DNA from: Bugula neritina
Taxonomy: Eukaryota > Animalia > Bryozoa
NCBI GenBank assembly: GCA_964035545.1
Contig: OZ037765.1
Span: 16,182,995-16,246,994 of the forward strand
Direction of reading: 5' to 3'
Length of the DNA stretch: 64,000 bases
The translations under genes and the position numbers were made by a program. The stretch's first letter is position 1. Each line of letters begins with the position of its first letter. The notes beneath the pieces were generated by a model. The model was not told the DNA's origin and did no database searches. It saw only the letters and a program-made list of their open reading frames with translations. Positions 25,877 through 37,159 of this stretch are shown here, in pieces.

Positions 25877-28800
25877 CTAGTTCCTCTGTAACATTGCTCT
25901 TTTTAGCTTAGTATCAGGTACTAGGCAACTTGGGGTCATAAAGCTTTGATTTATGCAGCCACTGACAGGGCACCTGCAAAACACATGCTCACATAACTGA
26001 TGGTGCTAAGACACTAGTTATGCATTGTAGGTCAGTAGTGCAGTTAGATGTCAGGAGGCGGAGTGATGCATATATTGGCACTCCTCTTCATATATAAACA
26101 AGCATGCTAAGGGTAGCAAGTGTAGGTTTTTTGCTTACCTTACGCTTAAAATTTGATAACTTCTAGTTTTATGGACTGAAAACTTATCATAATACAAATA
26201 TTCACAAGAGCAAACCTTATCTAACCAAGTGCCACAAAAAACCACAATACAGTTGTTTAATTTATGACTCATATTTGAATAACGTAAAGTAAAAGGTTGG
26301 GATACAAGTCACCAACAGTACCATAAGAAATCTTGCAGTTCTTATCGCAAAAACTGCAAGGCAATTGCAGAAATTTGCAGTTTTGCCAGTTTTGCTAGTC
26401 ATAGCTAGTATAAGAAGTTGTCTGCTCATGAAATCAAGCAACTGTGTACTGCACACTGTGTACTGCATACTGTGTACTGCATATTGTGTACTGCACACTG
26501 TGTACTGCACACTGTGTACTGCACACTGTGTACTGCACACTGTGTACTGCATACTGCACACTGTGTACTGCACACTGTGTACTGCATACTGTGTACTGCA
26601 TACTGTGTACTGCACACTGTCTACTGCATACTGTGTACTGCATACTGTGTACTTCACACTGTGTACTGCATACTGTGTACTGCATACTGCACACTGTGTA
26701 CTGCACACTGTGTACTGCATACTGTGTACTGCACACTGTGTACTGCACACTGTGTACTGCATACTGTATACTGCATACTGCTGCAGTTACAAATCTATAA
26801 GCTGTGTTGTTCAATAATACAACAGTAAAAACTATACTAACTTTGCACGATTTTTCCGCTGCTTGATGTACGCTAAAATAGCTTCTTTTTCATATGAATG
26901 GCCACAGCTTGTATTTTTCACTGGCTCTACCATTTTTTTCCCAGTGTAAGGACATTTGTATGTCTGAGTCTCATTGGTAACAGCCAAGTCAGTATCATTG
27001 CTATCATGTTCCGTGCAGCCGCTAGAGGCATTTACGTGCCGTTCTAGATTACAATAGTGAGCGGAGGATGTGACTTGTAATTCTTTGGTTTTTTCAACCT
27101 CATATAACTGTTGGAGCTTCTCAGATATTTCATCTGTTTGAATCGAGGAAGAGTTGATCTAAAAGAGATTATCAAGTTGGACAATATAAAATTTAAAATG
27201 AAATACACACTGCTTAAAATTGGTGGATTCCCAAATCCTTGTTGATAGGAAAAAGGAGTTAATGGCAGAGGAGGTGTGAACTTGAAGTGCTAGAGTACTA
27301 GGGCATGCCAGGGTATTTGCTGAAAGTCTACACCCCTCGGCAGACAATAACTAGGCAGTGCAGCCAAGCACAGTGTTCCCAACAATGTTATATGAACGGG
27401 TTATAATATACATATTGCTATAATAAGAATAGTTCTACAACATGGGTTGTTTTTAATATGAATAGTGTTTTAACCTGAGTAGTATTATCATATGAATGGT
27501 ATTATAATAAGAACAGTGTCATAATATAAAAAGCTATAAGATAAATTATGCTATAACAATAACCATGTCACAATATAAATCAAGCTATAATATAAATAAC
27601 GTAATATGCAGAGCTAAAATAAAAAAATTCTCCATATGAATAATGTCATAATCTAAGTAATGCCGCCATAACCTACATATAAAAATATGCATGTTTGTCT
27701 ATTATGTATATAAAAATATGCATAGAGCTATAATAATAGTGTCATAATATAAGTTATGCTGTAATAGAAATAGTATTGTGATATGCATAGAGTTGAAATA
27801 AAAAAAATTGTTGTGATATAAATAATGCCATAGTATAAGTGATATCAATATTATATAAATATATGCAGAGAGTTATAACGAGAATAGTTATAATATGAAT
27901 AACTCTATAATATAGTAGGATCTGAAATGAGAAGGTGTGACTAATCCCCAAGCTAGCTACTGGCACGGTGTCTAAAGGTCACCAGGGTTGCACCTAATAG
28001 CTTATTCACACACGACGTTTTTTGTTCGTTGGGTCCGACGAATGCCCAACTAACAAGCATCGCACCTCTTTTTCGCGCCAGCTGCAATAGTAGTGTATAG
28101 TTGCTTAGCAACAGTGCTTTTACTAGTAAAGTTGTGACTAGTTAAATTTAGCGATAACTATGTAAAAATTCTGCGTTAATAAAATAATTATAATCAAATA
28201 TGAAACATTTAAATTATGACAAATTTATTAGCTAAACAAAAGCTAAAGATTTAGTAGATTTATGTTCAACAACAGTTGGACTGTGAAAAGGAAATGAAAA
28301 TGACACGTAAAACTGCAATGCCGTAGTCGTGCTTTTATATCAAACTCAAACTGATTATTTTTTTGTAGCCTTTCATTACTTATTCTACTTATATTTTTTA
28401 TTGTTGCTGAATAAAAAATTAAAATGACCTGTTTTATAGTAGTTTTTCTATGAAAGAACTATAGCTAAGATGTTTCAGCTGGAACAATTATAAAATAAAA
28501 TAGAAGTTGGTAGTGTCTACTTTAGGTGAAATGACTCAGTTGCATCAGTTTCAATTTAACTACATTTTAACTTTTTTTTCAAGTCACTGCTACTCATTGT
28601 GCACATCAACTCAATTGCTTACGTGCATCTTTGTATTCAGGATCACAAAGATCATACTGATACAGTGCAGCTGGTCAAGCTATGATGATTTCTATAAAAA
28701 AAACGTACTTCCGTCATGAAAACTGCTTGAAATAATTTTAAAATGCTGCTGACTAGAAAAATAATATGCTTCCTACAAATTTGCTCCTTTTAATTAATTA

Positions 28801-29565
28801 GCAATTATTATTATTAATATTACTAAAATATTGATTATTTAGTTTAGTTACAATGCCGCAATGTTTGCCATGTGAATTATGCCCGCGCTTTTTGCTTTTT
28901 GAAATAAGCCAATGGAGTGCAATCAGGAAAAATTCGTCAGCTGAAACCTTGCTGGATCAGGTTCCAACGAAACTGTTGAAAAGTCGATCACGTGATCTGA
29001 AATGAACAAACTCTTCTACTGTCAGACCAATCAAAGGACGCTAGTTTGGCGCAATTGACGCAATGGTTCAGTCACGTGATCCAAAACTGACAAAATTCGC
29101 ATTCGTCGTGCCATTTTGGTCCGCTATTCGTTCAATTCATTGACCGTGTGAATAAGCTATAACACAACATGCAACCTACTCTACGTAAATACTCCAGCCT
29201 GATTCAGATTCTATTAAAAAGCTTACTATTATGGCATTGTACAAAATAATTAGATACATTTTGGCGTAAATAAAAGTTATTCATTTTTACTTCCATAAGG
29301 TGTAATATGAAAATTGAAATTAAACAGTATCGCCACTCACCATAGATTTCACTTGTTCTACTGCTTGAGCGAAAGAATTCAAATCACTGTCTAGTGAGAA
29401 GAATCGTTTTATTAATGCTCTGTGCTCTTCGATAGGGTTCAATTGCTCTTGTACGTTTAATTCCAAGAATTCAGCAGCAAAGTCTGGAATAGCTTTCAAA
29501 CCATAAAGGGTATATTCTTGTGCTTTCCTGAGATCCTTCATTGCTTGATTGACATATTGCTCCAT
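25877..29565 (-). CDS. NSMCE2: E3 SUMO ligase NSE2/MMS21 (SMC5/6 subunit); exons 29565-29341, 27158-26842, 25973-25877
   Basis: Helical N-terminus followed by an SP-RING: DLAVTNETQTYKCPYTGKKMVEPVKNTSCGHSYEKEAILAYIKQRKNRAKCPVSGCIN...LVPDTKLKRAM. Splice sites are canonical and in frame. Confidence 0.92.
26441..26780. repeat. 14-bp minisatellite (CTGTGTACTGCAYA)n in an NSMCE2 intron
   Basis: Near-perfect tandem 14-mers built from 7-mer halves. Confidence 0.97.
27998..29159. mobile_element. Non-autonomous PIF/Harbinger-type DNA transposon in an NSMCE2 intron
   Basis: TIR TAGCTTATTCACAC ... GTGTGAATAAGCTA, with a TAA duplication at 27995-27997 and 29160-29162. Confidence 0.8.
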
Positions 29566-30484
29566 TCTGCAAAGTACCACCAACAATTACAACAACTTGT
29601 AAAACAGCAAAGAAAATTATTTCTAAAATGTTTAGAGTAGCCTATGTCACAAAATAAATAGCCATGAAATATAAAACTAATGACAAATAAGTAAAATCAA
29701 ACAACCATTGTCAACATATATGGTTTTCTAAAATAGAAATCGCTAAGCTATATTGTTGTAGCTTTATGCACTACTGTTGGGGGGTAACATTGTGTGCTCG
29801 AATTACTGCATATCACTGTGAGGTTATGTGAGGAATCGAACTAGTTGATGTTTAATGAGAGAACTGTATTGAAATTTTAATTACATACAACCAAAATCAT
29901 GGGAAACAAGCCAAAAGAGTACAATATAAGAATGATTACACAAGGTTAGCCTATCTAGTTAATAAATATCGTCCGTGGGCGCCGGAAGGCGCTACTTATA
30001 TCCAAGAGGTTGATCCTGATTGGTTGGTATAGGATTCCGGCGGTATGGCCGTATGAGTGGTGCCGCACGTAGCTGCGGCATCGCTACGGAGTTGTAGTCT
30101 CTTGGAACTTTTATGCCTCATAATATAGTACAAGTACTTAGGCAGGGGGTACTGGGGGTATACTTCCCACAGCTACTACACCCCCCCTCCAGCAGAAAGC
30201 CAACTTTCTGATACACCCAAAATGCAAGGAAGTATTAGTACAAGCAAAAAACGAGTATAATAGGTATTATCTATAACAAAACCTGGTACAAAATATATTG
30301 GAAAGAATCTGATTTGAGACATTTAAGTATCACAGTCACAACTTATCTAATGCAACCAATGAATGTGCGACTTGCAACCAGGTAGGTGGGTAGTATTCTT
30401 TTATAAAAATTAAATATAAAATAATTCAAAAGACAAAAGTGAAAATAGATAATATACATGTACCCGGAGTGGGTGGGGGTGGTT

Positions 30485-32115
30485 CTAAGACTGACGTGTC
30501 TTCCTCTTCAGCTTAGCTACGGAGTCCTTAAGGTAGTTTAGCTCACTGGTCGCAGCTAAGACTTGGACTGTAAGCTGAAATAATATAGATTCAAACTTCA
30601 AGATTCTCTGCTCCACCTCATGGACAGAGGCAGCTAGAATAAAAGTAGCCAAGGGAGTTGGAGACGGGGATGCTCTCCTCTTCTTCTTACTCTGAGACGA
30701 ATTAGAGTCGCGGGGGAGGGGGAGAATGCTATCTAGAGTCAGGAGTCTCTGTTGATGTAGAGTTAGTGTCTAGTGGCTGCAACATCGCCCGGGGCAAATG
30801 GCGAGGAAGAGGAACAGTTGTAGGTTTATCCGTTTTTTCTGGACAGGGGGCCTAAGTAGTGGTCCCTCCGTGATTGGCCTAAGAGTGGGAAACCTTAGAC
30901 AGGCGAGCTAACTTGCTGGGGTCCTGTACCAGCAGTCTGAGGATGTCGAAAAATTTCTAGAATGTCGGCTCATCGACATTGAAGAGATGTTCCATGTGGC
31001 ACCTCATAGTGCGTTGATGCCTTAGGATGTAATCCCTGTTGTAACTATACTCCCTACAGGGGCAAATAGTCGTAATAAAATGCTGTGGCATGTGAACTTT
31101 TAACCAATGTGGGGTGGTAAAAATCTGCTGGCACAACCGACATGTAGTATTTTCTAGGGCTCTCTTCGCCTCCGCGATCTTCTGATCGGTAGACACAGCC
31201 GTCCAGCACAGTTGCTTGAGAAGGAGAGTAGGTAGTTTTCCATTCCGAGATGGAAAAACATTGACACTAGGGGCAGGAGAAGGCTGCCTCTCTGGCATGG
31301 GGTGGTCCACCCAAACAATACCGGGCGACGACGGAGCACTTGCGAGGGCAGGTCGAGTGAGATTCAAAAGAGCAGAATCAGGGTTAGATTTACATACATC
31401 TTTACACTCTAATTCATGTGAAACCAGACTTTGAACAGTCTGAGAAACACTGACTTTTTTATAGGGCACTCGTGAGACAGCTGGCAATGGTGCAGACTGA
31501 CTGAATGCCATGGATTCCAGTTCGAGATTTGAAAGATCATCTGTCATTACCATGGTGTCGTCGACATTGACCGTTGTCAGAGTCCCCAGCAAGTCTAACG
31601 CAACCAAATTAATCGAGTCAGATTGAACTGACAGCAGACCAGTTTCCATATCAGTAGGAATACTAGATCTGAGTGACTTACCTCTAAACTCAATATGGGT
31701 CATTTTACTTAGTTTAGTACACACCCGAAATCTTCAGTTTTTAGCTATTTTTCACAATTTATATGGGTTTTTGTTCAAAACTAAAAGAATTTTAATAAAT
31801 ACATCTAAATAGTCAAAATTCTTAACTTTTCTCGATTTTCTATGTTCTTCCTAATCAACTAGTTAGTTTGGATTTACGGACTGTCACGGCTTTTGGTGAC
31901 GGTCCGCAACTCACAATTAGGTAAATAATTAGGAAAAAACATGGAACATGAAGCAAAATTAAGAAGAACCTTGATTGTTTAGTTGTATTTATTAATTTTT
32001 TGTTAGTTTTGAGCAAAAACCCATCAAATTAGCAGCCAGATTGTGAAAAATAGCCAAAACCTGGAGAATTTGAGTGTGTACTAAATTAAGTAAAATGGCC
32101 TATATTTGATTGCAT
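30485..32115 (-). pseudogene. Accessory ORF3 of element 1: C2H2 zinc-finger / basic / coiled-coil protein, disrupted by a MITE, stops and frameshifts
   Basis: Removing the MITE restores MQSNIEFRGKSLRSS... The ORF contains CRLCQQIFTTPHWLKVHMPQH (canonical C2H2), CPC-x12-H-x5-CH, later SKKKRRASPSP and a heptad-repeat C-terminus ending LKDSVAKLKRKTRQS*. Confidence 0.75.
31697..32101. mobile_element. Fully palindromic ~405-bp MITE inserted in element 1 ORF3
   Basis: GGTCATTTTACTTAGTTTAGTACACAC ... GTGTGTACTAAATTAAGTAAAATGGCC. The arms stay imperfectly complementary to the centre (CGGACTGTCAC...GTGACGGTCCG). ATAT on both sides. Confidence 0.88.
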
Positions 32116-32256
32116 ACTTGAACGTTTGGAATTAAGGTGTTCTGTTTCATGCAGCGCACGTCCAGCCTTGACTACAGTTGCGTACGAAAAGGCTGGGCAG
32201 CGCGGTGATTCGGACACTGTGCTGCTGGCGGATTAAATCTGCCCACTGCTCCGCCA

Positions 32257-35200
32257 TCACAAGTCATTTTCGCTTTTGAGCACACGACTCCTACGCTGTC
32301 CGTGGCAACTCCCCGCAGTGACCCCCACCTGACTTATAAACTTGTCGCTTTGCAGGCAGTCACATACAAAATCTTGTAAGTATGGCGAGGGTTGCTGCAA
32401 CCGCTGACTTTTGTCAAGAACCAGCGGGGACTTCGCCCTCGAGCTTTCTAGAACCACGAGAAGAGTCGCCTGGGCGGGGAGCCTATACTGGTCCCTACCT
32501 AATCGATGGGGTTGAGGCTGACCTCTATGAGGGGGGTACCACCTTTTGACCCGGGTCGGACTCAGGGGGTGGCAAGGCCAGGGTCGGTTCGGGAGGCGGT
32601 GGTTTCCTCTGGCAGAGAAAGTGGCCGCGTATCCATAACCTGATCTCCGGCCCACAGCACAACCACGTCAAACTTGGGTCCATGCCGTATCCGGCCCCGC
32701 GTTGCTGTATGCCTCCTGGGCTCAAGCAATGGGGGCGCTTTTCTTACAGCATCAGAGTTAGCCCAATATGGCTTCAAGCGAGCCTCATTCTGGATAGACA
32801 TCAATCCTGAGCGCTTGACTTTCTACGTATGGTTGGGCAAAGCCTCAACTACCAGGTAGGGACCCACGAACTTAAGCTGTAACTTAGCCGATTGTCCGAG
32901 GCGCCTACGGTAGTTGGCCATCCAGACCCAGTCCCAACTTGTTAGAGGGGTGGCTCCTTAGAGTCATCACCCCGCGCCTGCCATTGCTTCTCCTGAAGCA
33001 TGTCATGTGCGGCCCTCATGCGCTCTACCAGCTCCCTTACATACTCATGTACAGAGTTATCATGGTCAGGAATATGGTAGGTCAGGTGGTCAGGGACCCG
33101 GGTCTCTCGACCGAGCATCAGGAAGTTGGGAGTTTCTAAGGTACTGGTGTGAGGTGTACTGCGGTAAGCTCACATAACCTGTGGAAGTACCGTATCCCAT
33201 TCCTCCTAGCCACGGCGCAGGCTCAGGCGCGCATCTCTCAGCATGCGGTTGTTGCGCTCAACAACCCCGTTACCTAAAGGATGATACGGGCTGGTTCGCC
33301 TCTGGTTCACCCTCTTGAGGCGACAGAGGTCACTCATGAGCTGAAACTGGAACGGGGCACCCTGGTCCGAATGTATCTGTTCTGGAAGGCCCAGATAACA
33401 AAATCTATGTTCGATCCAGTAGAAAAAACCCGACCAGGAATTCGAGCTATCATGCGACCTGGCTGAAGGGTTCAGCTCTTTTGCACAACCAAATCAGGGA
33501 GGCATGGTCCGTTCGCAGACAAAACATCCTCTCATAGAGATAGGGTGGGAAGTGCTTCACCACCTTGATTACTGCCATAAGCTCCTTTCTGGTGGTGCAG
33601 TATTTCTTCTCGGCGGGGGAGAGCTTTGCTGTAGTAAGTGACGACCACCTCCCGGCCATCTTGGACCTGTGACAGTACGGCACCTACATTGTGGTCGCTG
33701 GCATCAGTGTCCAAGATGTATTCTTGTGCGAGATCGGGATAGGCCAGGACAGGCGTTCTTATCAAGACACCTTTGAGGCAGTCGAAAGCTTGCTGTTCAG
33801 TCGGGGTCTACTGCCAGTGGACCCCTTTTGTGGTGAGCCGATTTAATGGCTGCGATAACTCTGCAAAATCAGATATGTACTGCCGATAGTACCCTACCAG
33901 CCCCAGGAAAACCCAGTCAAATCTTGGGAAGTAGCCCAGTTTTACACTGCCCGTACCTTGTCAGGATCAGTTGACACACTATTACGGCCCACGACGTGAC
34001 CCAGTTACTTAACCTCTGGCTGTAACAGAGCGCACTTGGAAAGTTTTTAGCTTCAGACCGGCACTTCCAAGCCGATCGAAGACCTCTCGCAAACGGCTGA
34101 CGTGAGTCGCAAAGTTTGGGGAGATCACGATGACGTCATCGAGGTAGATGAGCCGAATCTTCCAGTAGAGACCACTGAGAACCGGCTCAATGAGTTTTCA
34201 GAAGTTAGCCGGGGCGGAGGTCAACCTGAACGTCAAAATCTTCCATTTTTAGAGCTTGTTGCGCGTTGTAAATGCAGCCTTGTCTTGGGCATCAGGACTC
34301 AGGAGAACTTGCCAGTACCTGCTAAGCAAGTTCAACCTGCTGAAGTACTTGCTACCAGCCAGGGCGTCTAGTGACTCATCGATGCGGGGAAGGGGGTATG
34401 CATCCTGTATGGTCACGCTGTTGAGTGTGCGGTAATCCACACAGAACCGCCAACTCCCGTCTTTTTTCCGGACCAAGACGACCAGCAAGCTCAAGCACTA
34501 TGTGCTGGCTCTATGAGGTTTCAGACTCGTCGGCTTACCTCCTTCTTGTCAACCTATGAGTAGGTTACCGGATCGGAACCGTTCCTGCAGCCAGGGAAAT
34601 CTCATGACAGACAGCCTTAGTTAGACCCACGTCATGGTCTCCTACTGCTAAACATGTCCATGTACTCACGAAGTAACCACGCTATTGCCAGGCGTTCACT
34701 ATCACCCATGCAGCCCTGACAGGCTTCTTCGTATAAGTCTCTGATGAAACTCGAGATCGGTCCTTGACCTCTCATAGGGGGTCGGTGGGGGCAATCTGTC
34801 CTTTCGCCTAACAACGGCCCCACATTTCCTTCCTAGACAAAGTGAAAAATGCCAACTAGGGACCCAGCCGATAGCGCCACCGGCTCCGTGAAAGGGTTAA
34901 CACAATGCACTAAGATTTTCCCTCACATGTTCAGCCAATTCAAGCTGTTAGCAAATTGGATCCTTTCGTGAGCGCCTTCTACCAATTCACCGACAATTCA
35001 CCCTGCAGTGAATGGTGGCGCGGGAACGCCCAAGTATCGCACAGCTCCGCACTACCTGTACACCTCCACAAGCAGACGACCAAACTTATCGACACAAGCG
35101 AGCTCTCGCTCAGCCATAACCACGGCCGACTCGCTATGGCACTTGTGTCGCATTAGGAATGGCATTCTGAGGATAGCATCCTCCTTGAGCTGACTGACGA

Positions 35201-36721
35201 TAAACGTCTCTTTGATCACCTGATAGCGAACTCTGCCCGTCAGCTCAACAATGCGGTAGAAGGGAATACGACTCGTCCGCCAACGTGCCATGTTCCTCCT
35301 GATATGGCTCCAGGCTAGCCTTGTCTCTAGTGCTGAGGGTGACAAAGAGCCGGCGGCTTAAGAGGTTTGTAGTACACCCTGAATTTAGCAGAAAGGTGAC
35401 CGCTTTGCCGGCTATCTTGCCGGGCAAGATGTAGCTGGCGCCATAGTGTTGTACTCGTATTCTCCTAGTGCGCTCAGTCTTTGCAGCGGACACGTCTCTA
35501 GCTTGGAGTTTAGGCGGAGCCTGCATTCGACGGCTGCGAGAAAGTCCTTGAGGTTGCAGAAGCATCATTTCGGACTCTAGGTTTTGCCTCCACTCGTCAC
35601 CAGACTCTAATTCTCGCAACCCGCCGAAAGAGTTTTGGAGTGGCACAGTGAGGGTACCAGACTGGCCGTACGGTTTGCCTGTCCTTGGCACTTGCCACTC
35701 AAGCGGGAACGTCTGTCGCATCAATACAGACTGCTGATGACTACCCCGCAGTTGGCGGATATACCCGCGGGCCGCGAGGGTTCAACTCCCTCCGCGTCAA
35801 GGAGCACTCCTTATGGAGGTGCCCGCGACTACCACACTTCCAACAAGTGGTAGTCCGTCGCCGTGGTAACTCCGTCCCAGCCACCAGGGTCTTTAGGGGA
35901 AGCTTACCACGGGCAATTGAGCTAACACAGCTCCCAGTTTCTGCACCATGTCGGTCATGCGAGTGACCTCAGATTTTGGCGGAGGACTGGCGGTGGCAGT
36001 AGCTACGTGAGCTGTAGATTCCGGTTCAGGATGATCATCATATAACTACCTCGACCTGACGCGAACTCACATGGCTTATGTGTAGCTGAACAGCCAGCAA
36101 GTAAGCCTCACCTTCTCGCAACGTATCTTTAACCGTAACGGGTGATGGAGCCTCAGGTCATTTAGCGACTGCACGAATGTGTCAAAAGTGTACCGCTCAC
36201 AGTTGATTAGTGACAGATGACCGTGCGCTATATGCGCGAGTCATTTAACCGTGACGGCATGTTCCAGCAGAGAAGTGCACGGATCGCGCCTCAATCCTTG
36301 CAAGCAAACTCGGGCGTCTACGGTGGAGGCCGAATCGGGTCCGTAATGCAGCAAAGATGCTATCAACATCGGGTCCTAGCACATAGGGTTTAGCCTCATC
36401 TGCTAACGCCAGCCGCAATTGCAACAGAGCCACAGGAGGTAACCACTGAGTGATGGCCACTGCGTCCCTAAACTCCTGAATAAACTGTTCTACATCCTCA
36501 TTGCCGGTAAAGACAGGGGCTTTCAGGCGGTATCTGTCGCCAGATGACCTCCTGTGAGCCTTCTCCCGGGGCACCGAATTCTCAAAAACATTACGATCTG
36601 TGGGCTCACCTCCATTCGTTGCGGGGCTTGTACAGGTCCTTCGGCCCCGGCGGAGACTTCGTCGTTGAGTTCCACCATCGTAATCCTTTCTAATATCCAG
36701 ATAGCAGTTGCACTGGCACAT
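32257..36721 (-). pseudogene. Decayed gag-pol of element 1
   Basis: gag LKAPVFTGNEDVEQFIQEF; knuckle CWKCGSRGHLHKEC (~35800-35850); PR FLLNSGCTTNLLS; [31 protein letters not shown]; RH ILDTDASDHNVGAVLSQ and LRTDHASLIWL; IN IHSDQG and AYRSTPH. Many stops and frameshifts, plus a deletion near 33450 removing the IN N-terminus. Confidence 0.92.
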
Positions 36722-37159
36722 AATTATCCCACTGCTGTCACCACTGTTGTAGTTTTATGTACTACTCTTGAGGGTATAATTGTGCTCTCAAATGATTACT
36801 GCATATCACTGTGAGGTTATGTGAGGAACCAAATTAGTTGTTGATATTTACCGAGAGAAATGTATTGAAATTCTAATTACGTTCAACCAAAGTCATAGGA
36901 AACAAGCCAAAAAAGTACAATATAAGAATGATTACTCAAGGTTAGCCTATCTAGTTAATAGCTATCATCTGACTGCCCGTAGAAGCCGAAAGGCGCTACA
37001 TATCTCCAAGAGGTTGATCTTGATTGATTGGTATAGGGTTCCGGCAGTATGACTGTAGAAGTGGTGCAGTGCCGCACATAGCTGCGGCATCGCTACGGAG
37101 TTGTAGTCGTTTGGAACTTTTATGTCTCATAATATAGTACAAGTACTTAGGCAGGGGGT

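Noticed and set aside
26262-26828. Cys/His-rich ORFs in all six frames resembling metal-binding repeats
   Set aside because: Stop-free 14-bp minisatellite inside an NSMCE2 intron.
30957-31724. Interpreting the post-pol ORF as env, or as a stand-alone host zinc-finger gene
   Set aside because: No signal peptide or TM anchor is visible. It is intronless, lies inside the LTR pair and decays with the element, and its listed start falls in a MITE.
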